This document shows, in pieces, positions 16,822-25,899 of a stretch of 39,001 bases of DNA. The notes beneath the pieces were generated by a model. It did no database searches. It saw only the letters and a program-made list of their open reading frames with translations, and was not told where the DNA came from. Made by a program: the position numbers and the translations under genes. This DNA comes from Luteimonas sp. (GTDB lineage: Bacteria > Pseudomonadota > Gammaproteobacteria > Xanthomonadales > Xanthomonadaceae). Position 1 is the stretch's first letter; each line of letters starts with the position of its first letter. Where the stretch lies: contig JBBJNO010000001.1 of the NCBI GenBank assembly GCA_037720875.1, positions 7,912 through 46,912 of the forward strand. The letters run 5' to 3'.

Positions 16822-19188
16822 TCATCGCGTGAGTCCCGTGACATTGGTCAGCACGCATCGACGCCCCTGCTGCTCGGCCACGAAGGGAATCAGCCGCTCC
16901 AGTGCGTGCAGCATCGATCCATCATAGGGAAGCGGCTCGGCCGGATAGTCGGACCAGTCCAGCTCGAGGGCGAACAGGGGCCGCAGCGCTTCGACCCGCG
17001 CCCAGAACATCATTCCGACCGGAAACACGAAGTGTTCCGGGAGATCTTCGGGAAGGCCCAGCCTGGCCGACAGCGTTTCTGCGAATGGCCTGTTGTTGCG
17101 CCAGCCGATGAAATTCGGATCATCGGGGAACACCAGTCCGATGGACGGATCATTGGCCATGCGTCCCACGATGAGGTCGACCATGGCGGACTTGCTGCCC
17201 AGCATGTTTTCCACCAGAAAGGTCCTCCACCGATCGATCATCGCGGTATCGGCGACATCCATCGTCTTCTTGGTATGCACGTGCCCGACGATGTCGTAAT
17301 CGCGGAGCAGTTGCGGGCCGAACGCCGTCAGCAGCGGTCCGATGTCGCGGCCCCGATTGGGCACCACCCTGATCTCGCTCTTGCCGGCATACCCCTGCAA
17401 CAACGCCTGCGCAGTCTCCATGACGCTGGTGGAAGGGACGCTGAGCAGCAGGTCGGGAAGCAGCCGATTCAGGCCCAGGCGTATCAGGATTTCCGGCAGG
17501 AACTCCGGATAGTAGGCATGCACATGCAGTGCGACGCGCGCATTTTCGGGGATGGGAAGGGCGCCATCCTCGGAGGCAATGACCTCGTGGTGCCACGGAC
17601 CGTCGGGGAGGCCGGCGCGCAGGTAATGGGTCATCGGCTCGGGCTGGGTGCCCTGCGGCTGAAGTTCGTCGTAGATCCCGGGATGGAATCCCGGAAACGG
17701 CTTGACATGGTCAAAGCCCGCCGTCCACGGGCGGACATATTTCCAGCGGATGACCTCGACATCGTCGCCGGGGTACTGGGCAGGCGCCAGGAAGTCGCGT
17801 CGGGCCAGGGCAGTGTCGTGGATCTCCGCGGCGATTGCCTGCTCCCGGCGCACGTTCTCCACCGCGCCCAGTGCGAGCGTATCCAGCGCCTGGATATAGC
17901 GCTCCATGTTGAAGTAGTCGTCCGCAATCGCCTTGAGCTCCAGACCGACGCGTTGCCGCAGCGGCGCGGACTGGGCGAACGCCATCACCTGGCGCGCCAT
18001 GGCATGGGTATCGAGATACGGCACGACACATTCCTCGGCCAGGCCGTGTTCCGACAGCACGTCGGCGATTCCCGTCGTCCGGTCGAAACAGACCACGGGC
18101 AATGCATGGGACATCGCCTCGATGGCCACGCCCGGCAATGGATCCAGGCGGGAGGTCAGCAGGAACATGTCCGCCAGCTCGTAGACCTCCTCGATCAAGA
18201 AGGTGTGACTCATGAAGTGCAGGTGGTCCTGCAGGCCCAGGCGCTGCACCTGGTCGGCCAGGTACACCGAGTACCCGAGGTCATATTCCGGGTCGTAACC
18301 GGGGCCCACCCAGACAAAGCGGCAGGGTCTGTCGCCCATGGCTTGCACCACCCTGGCGGCGCAGTCGATAAAAAGTTCAACGCCTTTGCGCATTTGCACG
18401 AAGCCAATGCCAATGATCACCAAGGCATCCTCGGCAAGTCCTGCGGGCCGCAATGCCGCGCGGATCCGGGTGGTTTCCTGTTCCACACTGGCCGCATCGG
18501 CTTGCTCGGCGAGCAAGACGCAGCGTCCCTGCGGAATGAATCTGCACTCCCTCCCGGACAGTTGCGGATATTCGGCCACCACATTGTCATAGGTCAGGCG
18601 GGTGGAAAACACCACTTCGTCGGACCAGAAGAACGCGTTGAGAAAATTCCATCTGGGCCGGGTGTAGGCCGCGAATTCGTGGATCAGCACGACACTGGGG
18701 ATCGAGCGTTTGGCCAGGGTTTCCAGCACCCCCGAGGTTTCGACGCTGTTGGCAATCGCGAATTTGATCTGGTGGCGCTCTGCAATCCCGGCCACCGTGT
18801 ATTGCACCGCATTGATGGCCGGAATCAACTGGACCATGGACACGCAGGCCGCCTGGAAGGCCTCCATCAATGGCCCGCCGCCGAGCAACAGGACCACGAC
18901 GTTGTATCTCTGCTGAAACCCGCGCACGAGGTTGAGACTGAGGATGGGCGCGCCCGACAACGACGCCTCGTGGCTGACGATCAGGATCGTGTCCTTCTGG
19001 CGGTCGAAGGCGATCCCGCCCTTGATGATCTCGAACAACGGGGGGGCTTCCAACGTGGCGCCGGACTGGTTGCCGGGAGCATGTCCGGCTGACAATGATT
19101 CCCCGGGAACGACCGTCGCATCCTCGGGAATCGCATTCTCGCCGCGTAGTGGCATCGTGTCAGGACAAGCAGCGGGGCCTCGCGTCAT
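16822..19188 (-). CDS. Bifunctional GT4 + RgpF-domain glycosyltransferase; paralog 2
   Basis: It is colinear with the 11385..13736 product over about 720 aa, and by eye the majority of positions are identical. It shares the motifs [48 protein letters not shown] and [12 protein letters not shown]. The N-terminal ~60 aa are unrelated. The start is ATG 19188 or TTG 19194. Confidence 0.85.
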   Translation of the reverse strand: MTRGPAACPDTMPLRGENAIPEDATVVPGESLSAGHAPGNQSGATLEAPPLFEIIKGGIAFDRQKDTILIVSHEASLSGAPILSLNLVRGFQQRYNVVVLLLGGGPLMEAFQAACVSMVQLIPAINAVQYTVAGIAERHQIKFAIANSVETSGVLETLAKRSIPSVVLIHEFAAYTRPRWNFLNAFFWSDEVVFSTRLTYDNVVAEYPQLSGRECRFIPQGRCVLLAEQADAASVEQETTRIRAALRPAGLAEDALVIIGIGFVQMRKGVELFIDCAARVVQAMGDRPCRFVWVGPGYDPEYDLGYSVYLADQVQRLGLQDHLHFMSHTFLIEEVYELADMFLLTSRLDPLPGVAIEAMSHALPVVCFDRTTGIADVLSEHGLAEECVVPYLDTHAMARQVMAFAQSAPLRQRVGLELKAIADDYFNMERYIQALDTLALGAVENVRREQAIAAEIHDTALARRDFLAPAQYPGDDVEVIRWKYVRPWTAGFDHVKPFPGFHPGIYDELQPQGTQPEPMTHYLRAGLPDGPWHHEVIASEDGALPIPENARVALHVHAYYPEFLPEILIRLGLNRLLPDLLLSVPSTSVMETAQALLQGYAGKSEIRVVPNRGRDIGPLLTAFGPQLLRDYDIVGHVHTKKTMDVADTAMIDRWRTFLVENMLGSKSAMVDLIVGRMANDPSIGLVFPDDPNFIGWRNNRPFAETLSARLGLPEDLPEHFVFPVGMMFWARVEALRPLFALELDWSDYPAEPLPYDGSMLHALERLIPFVAEQQGRRCVLTNVTGLTR

Positions 19189-19242
19189 CTTCAATCATCT
19201 CGGAAATGTTTGCGGAAAGATTCCGGCCCAGGTCTCTGGGTC

Positions 19243-19270
19243 GGCAATGGCAATGGCAATGGCAATGGCA
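19243..19270. repeat. Hexanucleotide tandem repeat (GGCAAT)x4.7, which reads ATTGCC on the transcribed minus strand
   Basis: Read directly from the sequence: ggcaat ggcaat ggcaat ggcaat ggca. It sits at the centre of the 123-bp wzm-to-glycosyltransferase intergenic region (19195-19317). Confidence 0.95.
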
Positions 19271-19317
19271 GGTCGACAAAGCATGCGCGGCACCTTCACC
19301 GAGCCGGCCGGGATCTC

Positions 19318-20187
19318 TCAAAGCACGTCGGCAAAGCCCCGTCGCGTTCTCTGGAACCACCAGAAGCCGGCCCATGCGGTCAGCAATCCCGCCGCAAGAT
19401 AGATTGCAAAGACACCCCAGTCCGGATTACGTCCCCAGATGACTGCACCACGCGTCTGCTCGATGGCGATCGTAAGCGGATTGACTTGAATCAGGCCCCT
19501 GTATTTCTCCGGCATCGCCGACAGCGGATAGAACACCGGGGACAGGAATAGCAGCGCCGTCGTAAGAATGCCGGTGATCTGTCCAACGTCGCGCAGGAAC
19601 ACGCCGAGCGAGGCCAGGAACCAGGCAATCCCGAGCGCGAAGGCCGCGATGGGCAGGATCAAGACGGGGGCAAGCAGCACGTGCGGGTGCAGCGCGCCAG
19701 TGGTGGCCAGCACCGCGGCCAGCAACACCAGCATGCTGGTGGCGGCGTGGAACAGTGCTGATCCCAGGGCGATGGCAGGCAGTATCTCAAGCGGGAATAC
19801 CACCTTTTTCACGTAATTCACATTGGCAATGATCAGGCCGGGGGCGCGGTTGACGCACTCGGCGAACAGGGAATGGACGATCATCCCCACGAACAGGACG
19901 ACCGCAAAATCGACATTGCTTTCGTTGCCTGCGGTCTCCCATCGCGCCTTGAAGATCACCCGGAACACGAAGGTATAGATCACCAGCATCAGCAGCGGGT
20001 TCAGGAATGACCACGCCAGCCCCATGACCGACCCTTTATAACGCCCCACCACTTCGCGTCGCGTCATCTGGCCGATCAGGTTGCGATGACGCCACAGGCT
20101 GCGCGCCATCTGCAACGCTGAGGCCGGCATCCTGTAAGTCGCGTCATTCAATATGGTCGACCGCGGATCGTTCCTGCCTCCGGCCAT
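19318..20187 (-). CDS. wzm: O-antigen ABC exporter permease (ABC-2 type) Wzm
   Basis: The sequence is RNLIGQMTRREVVGRYKGSVMGLAWSFLNPLLMLVIYTFVF followed by 6 TM segments, which is typical of Wzm/TagG/KpsM permeases. ATG 20187 shares 1 nt with the metB stop. GTG 20190 is an alternative start. Confidence 0.9.
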   Translation of the reverse strand: MAGGRNDPRSTILNDATYRMPASALQMARSLWRHRNLIGQMTRREVVGRYKGSVMGLAWSFLNPLLMLVIYTFVFRVIFKARWETAGNESNVDFAVVLFVGMIVHSLFAECVNRAPGLIIANVNYVKKVVFPLEILPAIALGSALFHAATSMLVLLAAVLATTGALHPHVLLAPVLILPIAAFALGIAWFLASLGVFLRDVGQITGILTTALLFLSPVFYPLSAMPEKYRGLIQVNPLTIAIEQTRGAVIWGRNPDWGVFAIYLAAGLLTAWAGFWWFQRTRRGFADVL

Positions 20188-21380
20188 CACGCACCGGTCG
20201 TCGTGGGTCGGAGCACGTTGTCGAGTTCTGCCCTCAAGTCGTCGTGTGCTTCCACACCCACGCTCAGCCGCACCAGATTGTCATGGATGCCAAGTGCTGA
20301 GCGCCTCTCTGCCGGCACCGACGCATGGGTCATCACCGCAGGATGGTTGACCAGGCTTTCCACGCCGCCGAGGGACTCGGCGAGGGCAAACAGCTCGGTG
20401 CGCTCGCAGAAGCGTTTCGCCGCTTCGAAGCCACCCTTGAGGTAGATCGAAATAATGCCGCCGAAACCGTCCATCTGCCGTTTGGCGAGCTGGTGCTGGC
20501 GATGCGACTGCAGGCCGGGATACACGACGTTCTCAATGGCAGGGTGCGTTTGCAGGAATTCCGCCAGCGCCTGCGCGTTGTCGCAATGCGCGCGCATGCG
20601 CAGGTGCAGCGTTTTCAGCCCGCGCAGCGCCAGGAAACTGTCGAACGGACCCTGCACGGCCCCGATCGAGTTCTGCAGAAAAGCGAGGGTCTCGGCCAGT
20701 TCGGCGTTGTCGCCGACCACGACCATCCCGCCGACCATGTCCGAGTGGCCATTTAAATACTTGGTGGCCGAGTGCACGACGAGGTCGGCGCCGTGTTCCA
20801 GGGGGCGCTGCAGGATCGGCGAGGCGAAGGTGTTGTCGACCACCATCAACAGGCCACGCGCGCGCACGATTGCGGAGATCGCCCGCAGGTCGACGACCTT
20901 CAGCGTGGGGTTGGTGGGGGTCTCGACCCAGACCATCCTGGTGTTGGGCCGGATCGCCGCTTCGAACGCGGCCGGATCGGTCAGGTCGACGAAACTGAAA
21001 TCCAGCCCGGCGCTGCGCCGGCGCACTCGCTCGAACAACCGGTAGCTGCCGCCGTAAAGATCGTCCATGGCGACGATGTGGTCGCCACTGTCGAGCAGTT
21101 CCAGCACCGTTGCGGTCGCCGCCAGGCCCGACGCGAAGGCAAAACCACGACTGCCGCCTTCCAGCGCCGCCACGCAGCGCTCGTAGGCAAACCGGGTCGG
21201 ATTATGGGTGCGGGAGTATTCGAAGCCCTGATGCACACCCGGGCTCGATTGCACGTAGGTTGAGGTCGCATAGATCGGGGTCATGACCGCGCCGGTGCTG
21301 GGGTCGGGCGACTGGCCGCCGTGGATCGCCAGCGTGCCCAGAGCCAATCCTGCCGGGGCGCCTTGCGGATGTTCCGTCAT
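20187..21380 (-). CDS. metB: PLP-dependent transsulfuration enzyme (cystathionine gamma-synthase/gamma-lyase family)
   Basis: Family motifs are present throughout, including the PLP-lysine motif HSATKYLNGHSD, plus VWVETPTNP and AESLGGVESL. Confidence 0.85.
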   Translation of the reverse strand: MTEHPQGAPAGLALGTLAIHGGQSPDPSTGAVMTPIYATSTYVQSSPGVHQGFEYSRTHNPTRFAYERCVAALEGGSRGFAFASGLAATATVLELLDSGDHIVAMDDLYGGSYRLFERVRRRSAGLDFSFVDLTDPAAFEAAIRPNTRMVWVETPTNPTLKVVDLRAISAIVRARGLLMVVDNTFASPILQRPLEHGADLVVHSATKYLNGHSDMVGGMVVVGDNAELAETLAFLQNSIGAVQGPFDSFLALRGLKTLHLRMRAHCDNAQALAEFLQTHPAIENVVYPGLQSHRQHQLAKRQMDGFGGIISIYLKGGFEAAKRFCERTELFALAESLGGVESLVNHPAVMTHASVPAERRSALGIHDNLVRLSVGVEAHDDLRAELDNVLRPTTTGA

Positions 21381-21657
21381 GCTGTGGTCTCTAATGAACT
21401 AGACCGCCAATTTTATCACCGGCCCATGCTGCGGATCGACCACGCCAGGCTGGGGTCACGCAAAATACCGGGCTGTGATGGCTTGACAGCCAGGCCTACG
21501 GGCCCGGAGCGGGACAGAACCGCAGTCGAGTCCAGCAACCGGTGGGGGATCATCACTGCCCACCATTGCCACCAAAGTGCATTTTGCATCCACTGCGCGG
21601 AATCGCGCTCATATGCACGTGCCGGCGTCACCGATTCCGCCACCGGCGCAGGATTCG

Positions 21658-23094
21658 TCAAGCTTCGCAGGAAATGCCGACCTCAATGCGCCCGTAAACG
21701 TCCTCAAGGCGGACGATGTCGTCTTCACCCAAATAGCTACCCGATTGCACCTCGATCAGTTCGACCGGTTCGGTACCGCGGTTGCGCAAGCGGTGCACGC
21801 TCCCCAAGGGAATATAGGTGCTCTCGTTCTCGTGCAGGTCGAACACCCGATCATCGCAAGTGACCTCGGCCACGCCCGACACCACAATCCAGTGCTCGGC
21901 GCGTTGGTGGTGCTTCTGCAGGCTCAGCGCTGCACCGGGCTTGACCACGATGCGCTTGACCTGGAAACGGTCGCCCATGTCGATCGAGTCGTAGTTGCCC
22001 CACGGCCGGTACACCTTGCGGTGGTACAGGTGTTCCTGACGCCCCGCGGCCTTGAGCAGATCGACGATCTGCTTGACGTCCTGCACCCGGTCCTTGCGCG
22101 CGACGAGCGTTGCATCGGGCGTGTCGATGATCACCAGATCCTCCACGCCGATCGTCGCGATCATGCGGCGATCAGACGCCCGCACCAGACTGTTGCGGGT
22201 ATCCACCGACAACACGTCGCCATCGTGGCGGTTACCATCGCCATCCCGTTGGGCCGCCGACCACAGCGAAGACCACGACCCGATGTCGCTCCAGCCGCAC
22301 GCCACCGGCACCACCGCGGCGCGGTCGGTCTTTTCCATCACCGCGTAGTCGATGGAGTCGTCGGGGCAGGCCTCGAACTCAGCCTTGCCGACCCGGATGA
22401 AGTCCAGATCAGACTGGGCCGCCGCAAACGCGGCCCGGGTGGACTGCAGAATGAGGGGTGCATGACGCGCCAGCTCATCCAGGTAACGCTGGGCCTTGAA
22501 CAGGAACATCCCCGAATTCCACGCGTAGGTGCCTGCATCGAGGTACGACTGCGCCGTCGCAAGATCTGGCTTCTCGACGAAACGCGCCACACGGAACCCG
22601 CCATCGCCCAGCGACTCGCCGCGCTCGATGTAGCCGTAGCCGGTCTCGGCGTAATCGGGATCGATGCCGAATGTCACCAGCCAGTCCTGCTCCGCCAGTG
22701 CCATGGCGCGGGCAACCGCCTCCTGGAACGCGGCCTCGTCGTCGATCAAATGATCGGCCGGCAGCACTAGCATGGTCGCCTGGGCATCGGTCTCGACCAG
22801 ATGCAGGGCCGCCAAAGCGATAGCAGGAGCGGTATTGCGCGCCGAGGGCTCGAGCAGGATGGCGCCCTGCGCCAATTCGATCTCGTGCAGTTGCTCGCCA
22901 ACCATGAAGCGGTGCTCTTCGCTACACACCGTCACGGGCGCCTGGGCGCCGGGCAAGCGACTGGTTCGAAGCAAGGTCTCCTGGAACAGGGAACGCTCAC
23001 CGATCAGGGTCAGGAACTGTTTGGGCTGGTTCTGCCGCGAAAGCGGCCACAGCCGGGAACCGCTGCCGCCGCTGAGAATGACCGGGTGAAGCAT
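21658..23094 (-). CDS. manC: Bifunctional mannose-1-phosphate guanylyltransferase / mannose-6-phosphate isomerase (type II PMI-GMP; XanB/WbpW/AlgA family)
   Basis: ORF trimmed to ATG 23094, with GGAG 7 nt upstream. The N-terminus is VILSGGSGSRLWPLSR. The C-terminal cupin is QVKRIVVKPGAALSLQKHHQRAEHWIVVSG. Confidence 0.9.
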   Translation of the reverse strand: MLHPVILSGGSGSRLWPLSRQNQPKQFLTLIGERSLFQETLLRTSRLPGAQAPVTVCSEEHRFMVGEQLHEIELAQGAILLEPSARNTAPAIALAALHLVETDAQATMLVLPADHLIDDEAAFQEAVARAMALAEQDWLVTFGIDPDYAETGYGYIERGESLGDGGFRVARFVEKPDLATAQSYLDAGTYAWNSGMFLFKAQRYLDELARHAPLILQSTRAAFAAAQSDLDFIRVGKAEFEACPDDSIDYAVMEKTDRAAVVPVACGWSDIGSWSSLWSAAQRDGDGNRHDGDVLSVDTRNSLVRASDRRMIATIGVEDLVIIDTPDATLVARKDRVQDVKQIVDLLKAAGRQEHLYHRKVYRPWGNYDSIDMGDRFQVKRIVVKPGAALSLQKHHQRAEHWIVVSGVAEVTCDDRVFDLHENESTYIPLGSVHRLRNRGTEPVELIEVQSGSYLGEDDIVRLEDVYGRIEVGISCEA

Positions 23095-23520
23095 TACAAC
23101 TCCATAGTTCTGCAAGGAAAGCCCGTTATTTTATCCGATGCCATGTCCAAGCGAATGCGCGCCGCTTTGCTCAGCTAGAATAGGCGCCCCAGCCCGCGCC
23201 CTCCTCGATCCTCTCGTGCCTAACGACTTCAAGTCGACTAGACCGGCAAGATCATTGCCCCAGAGCTATACGTTTTTTTGTCATCAGCGGCGCGATCCAC
23301 GGGTATCAAGGATGCCGGCACCATTTTCGCGATAAACAGGGACGGCGCGCCAGTTTTCGAGATCGCACATATCGGGCTGGTGGGAGACCTGTTCATACTA
23401 ACTCCCTCCCTGCAGAAGCGATCCCCTAGACAGCTGGTGTGTTGAGCCAGTTTCTTTTTTCGGTCCACAAACGATCCGCACTATTCATTCGTCAATACAA
23501 CAATTTAGGAGTCTCCCTTC
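23095..23520. promoter_or_regulatory. 426-bp AT-richer divergent intergenic region (promoters for manC and for the plus-strand amino-sugar operon)
   Basis: It lies between divergent starts at 23094 (-) and 23521 (+). I could not assign a confident -35/-10 or ops/JUMPstart motif. Confidence 0.4.
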
Positions 23521-24108
23521 GTGAAAACAACTCAACTGCTTAGCGTCACCATTGCCCTTGCCTTACTCTCCACTGCCGGCTGCAATAAACCGAGCAGCGA
23601 ATTGTCCAGCGAACAGCCCAAAGCCGTCCCTGTTGCAGTTCAGCCTGTCGGAATGGACAAGCCACTCGCAGCAGAAAATATCGACCTTTCCTACAAAATA
23701 CTCACCGGCCCGGCTTATAACTCCGCCACCGATACCGTCACTTATCAGATCGAAACAGTCAACAACGGCAAGGCCACGCTCGTTAGCGCTGGCTCGCTGC
23801 CAGTCCATCTCGGCGTTGTCATCAGGGGGACGGATGGAACGATGAACGCGCCGCCAGCCAATCTGGAGTTCATGCGTATCCCGTTTCCTCAACCGCTGGA
23901 GTCTGGTCAGAGCGTTACACTGCCGGTGGAGTTCAAAGTATCGTCCACGATCGGGGGAACGGTTGTCTTGGACGCAGTTCAGGAACAGGTGGGTTGGTTC
24001 AGCGGCTACAAGAAGCCGGTGCTTACGCTCGGTACGTTCCAGCGATGCAATGCCGCCGAGAACACCCTTTGCCTTGCGGATGGCACAGCAGTTCCGGCAG
24101 TTCAATGA
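23521..24108 (+). CDS. Predicted lipoprotein of unknown function
   Basis: The start is a GTG with AGGAG 9 nt upstream. It has a signal peptide plus lipobox (MKTTQLLSVTIALALLSTAG|C), and the +2 residue is Asn. The mature part is beta-rich. A long antisense ORF (23563..24315) is judged to be a shadow frame. Confidence 0.65.
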   Translation: MKTTQLLSVTIALALLSTAGCNKPSSELSSEQPKAVPVAVQPVGMDKPLAAENIDLSYKILTGPAYNSATDTVTYQIETVNNGKATLVSAGSLPVHLGVVIRGTDGTMNAPPANLEFMRIPFPQPLESGQSVTLPVEFKVSSTIGGTVVLDAVQEQVGWFSGYKKPVLTLGTFQRCNAAENTLCLADGTAVPAVQ

Positions 24109-24272
24109 GTGCTGCGACCAGCGCTTAAACGCAATTTTTTGTGCTTCAAGGGCTTTACGATGGCCGATTGCTATCGGCCTTTTCGGGACGGTCATCTTGC
24201 CAGCTACACCTCCGCCGCGCGTCGATCCATCGCGAGCAATCTCCAACGTCGACCGTGAGCCGGTGCAATCCC

Positions 24273-24971
24273 ATGACCAAACGAATTGCCATCGTCCAAT
24301 CATCCTATCTTCCATGGAAGGGGTTTTTCGATCTGATCCGGTCGGTCGACGAATTCGTGCTGTACGACGACATGCAATTCACCCGCAGAGACTGGCGCAG
24401 CCGCAACCGAATCAAGACCGCTAATGGGTTGCATTGGTTGACCGTGCCCGTAGACGTAAAGGGAAAGTTCGATCAGAAGATCAAGGAGACCCATGTGGCC
24501 AGCAGGGATTGGGCGGCCAGCCATTGGCAAACCCTTCGTCACGCCTACGCCAAGGCGCCATATTTCAGCCAATACCGCCCGGAGGTCGAAGCGGCATTCG
24601 TCGAGCTCGGTGACGAACCAATGCTCAGCAGGATCAATTTCCGCCTGATCACGATGCTGTGCGAGCTCCTTGGAATCTCCACGCCGATCACCTGGTCGAT
24701 GGACTACCCGCAGCAGGAGGGCAAGTCCGAGAGGCTCTTGTCCATATGTCAGGCCGCGGGCGCAAGTCACTACCTGTCTGGGCCCGCCGCGAAGGATTAC
24801 ATGGACGTCGACCTGTTCGAGCGCAACGGCGTGGGTGTCTCGTTCGCGGATTATTCCGGGTACCCCGAGTATCCCCAATCGCATGGGCCATTCGAGCATG
24901 CTGTGAGCGTGCTCGACCTACTTTTTAATACGGGCCCCAATGCTCTGAATTTCATGAAGCAACAACACTAG
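24273..24971 (+). CDS. WbqC-family protein
   Basis: ORF trimmed to ATG 24273. The N-terminal signature IAIVQSSYLPWKGFFDLI...YDDMQFTRRDWRSRNRIKT..G..WLTVPV is characteristic of WbqC-like proteins from O-antigen clusters. Confidence 0.8.
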   Translation: MTKRIAIVQSSYLPWKGFFDLIRSVDEFVLYDDMQFTRRDWRSRNRIKTANGLHWLTVPVDVKGKFDQKIKETHVASRDWAASHWQTLRHAYAKAPYFSQYRPEVEAAFVELGDEPMLSRINFRLITMLCELLGISTPITWSMDYPQQEGKSERLLSICQAAGASHYLSGPAAKDYMDVDLFERNGVGVSFADYSGYPEYPQSHGPFEHAVSVLDLLFNTGPNALNFMKQQH

Positions 24972-24972
24972 T

Positions 24973-25899
24973 ATGCTGTCTATCGTCACTACCCTGTATC
25001 ACTCGGCCGCGTACGTGACCGAATTTATCGCACGCATCGAGCGAACAGCCGAAACTCTGACCACGGATTATGAAATAATTCTGGTAAACGACGGCTCTCC
25101 GGACGATTCAGCCGCGCTCGCGCGACGGCTGGCAGAGAAGAACAGCCACCTCATACTGGTGGACCTATCCCGCAACTTTGGCCATCACAAGGCAATGATG
25201 GCGGGTTTGATGCACGCGCGCGGCAACCGGATTTTCCTAATCGACGTGGATCTGGAAGAGCCGCCCGAGTTGCTGGCCGAGTTCTGGCAGCGCATGAATG
25301 ACAGCCCCGACACGGACGTCGTGTATGGGCAGCTCCGCCAACGCAAAGGCGGATTTTTCGAGCGGGTTTCTGGCGAACTCTACTATTCGGCAATCAACCG
25401 GCTGGGGGGGGTTCATATTCCGCGTAACATCTCGACCGTTCGCCTGATGACAAAGCGGTACGTGCGCAGCCTGCTGGAATATCGCGAGCGCGAGATGTTC
25501 ATGGCGGGCCTGTGGTCGGCTACCGGGTATCGCCAGGAAGCAGTCACAATTACCAAGGCGAACAAGGGTAATAGCACCTATAACTTGGCGCGCAAACTTT
25601 CCCTGCTGACAAATTCCATCGTCGTTTTCAGCAACAAACCGTTGCTCTTCATCTTCCACACGGGCTTGCTGATTTCCCTCTGCAGCGCCACCTATGTCGG
25701 ATACCTTCTCTACAACCACCTGTTCCTGAGTTCGCCGCCCAGCGGCTGGACGTCACTCATGGCATCCATCTGGCTCATTGGTGGCATGATCATCCTGTTT
25801 CTAGGACTGATCGGTATCTATCTCTCAAAGATATTCATCGAAGTGAAACAGAGGCCGTATGTGACGATCCGGGAAGTCGTCGGAGGCAATCAGTCGTGA
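24973..25899 (+). CDS. GT2 polyprenyl-phosphate glycosyltransferase (ArnC/GtrB-like)
   Basis: The motifs are IILVNDGSPDDS, LSRNFGHHKAMMAGL and IDVDLEEPPE, plus two C-terminal TM helices and the terminal IGIYLSKIFIEVKQRPYVTI. This is the typical ArnC/GtrB architecture. Confidence 0.9.
   Translation: MLSIVTTLYHSAAYVTEFIARIERTAETLTTDYEIILVNDGSPDDSAALARRLAEKNSHLILVDLSRNFGHHKAMMAGLMHARGNRIFLIDVDLEEPPELLAEFWQRMNDSPDTDVVYGQLRQRKGGFFERVSGELYYSAINRLGGVHIPRNISTVRLMTKRYVRSLLEYREREMFMAGLWSATGYRQEAVTITKANKGNSTYNLARKLSLLTNSIVVFSNKPLLFIFHTGLLISLCSATYVGYLLYNHLFLSSPPSGWTSLMASIWLIGGMIILFLGLIGIYLSKIFIEVKQRPYVTIREVVGGNQS

Noticed and set aside
19243-19270. The (GGCAAT)n repeat read as a sigma-54 promoter (TGGCA...TTGC) or as a mini-CRISPR.
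   Set aside because: The 6-nt periodicity puts GG and GC one base out of the required -24/-12 spacing, and the orientation would be antisense to the operon. There are no spacers, so it is a simple microsatellite and not a CRISPR array.
21381-21657. A possible SAM riboswitch or intrinsic terminator in the 277-bp manC-metB spacer. Hairpins lie near 21600-21650, for example GCGCG-ATTC-CGCGC and an imperfect GCCGG stem.
   Set aside because: I could not recognise a conserved SAM-I/SAM-II core. The hairpins are short or imperfect and lack a following U-tract, so a covariance-model scan would be needed.
24109-24145. The T-run tttttt at about 24135-24140 after the lipoprotein gene, considered as an intrinsic terminator.
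   Set aside because: The preceding stem is only GCG/CGC (3 bp), which is too weak to call.
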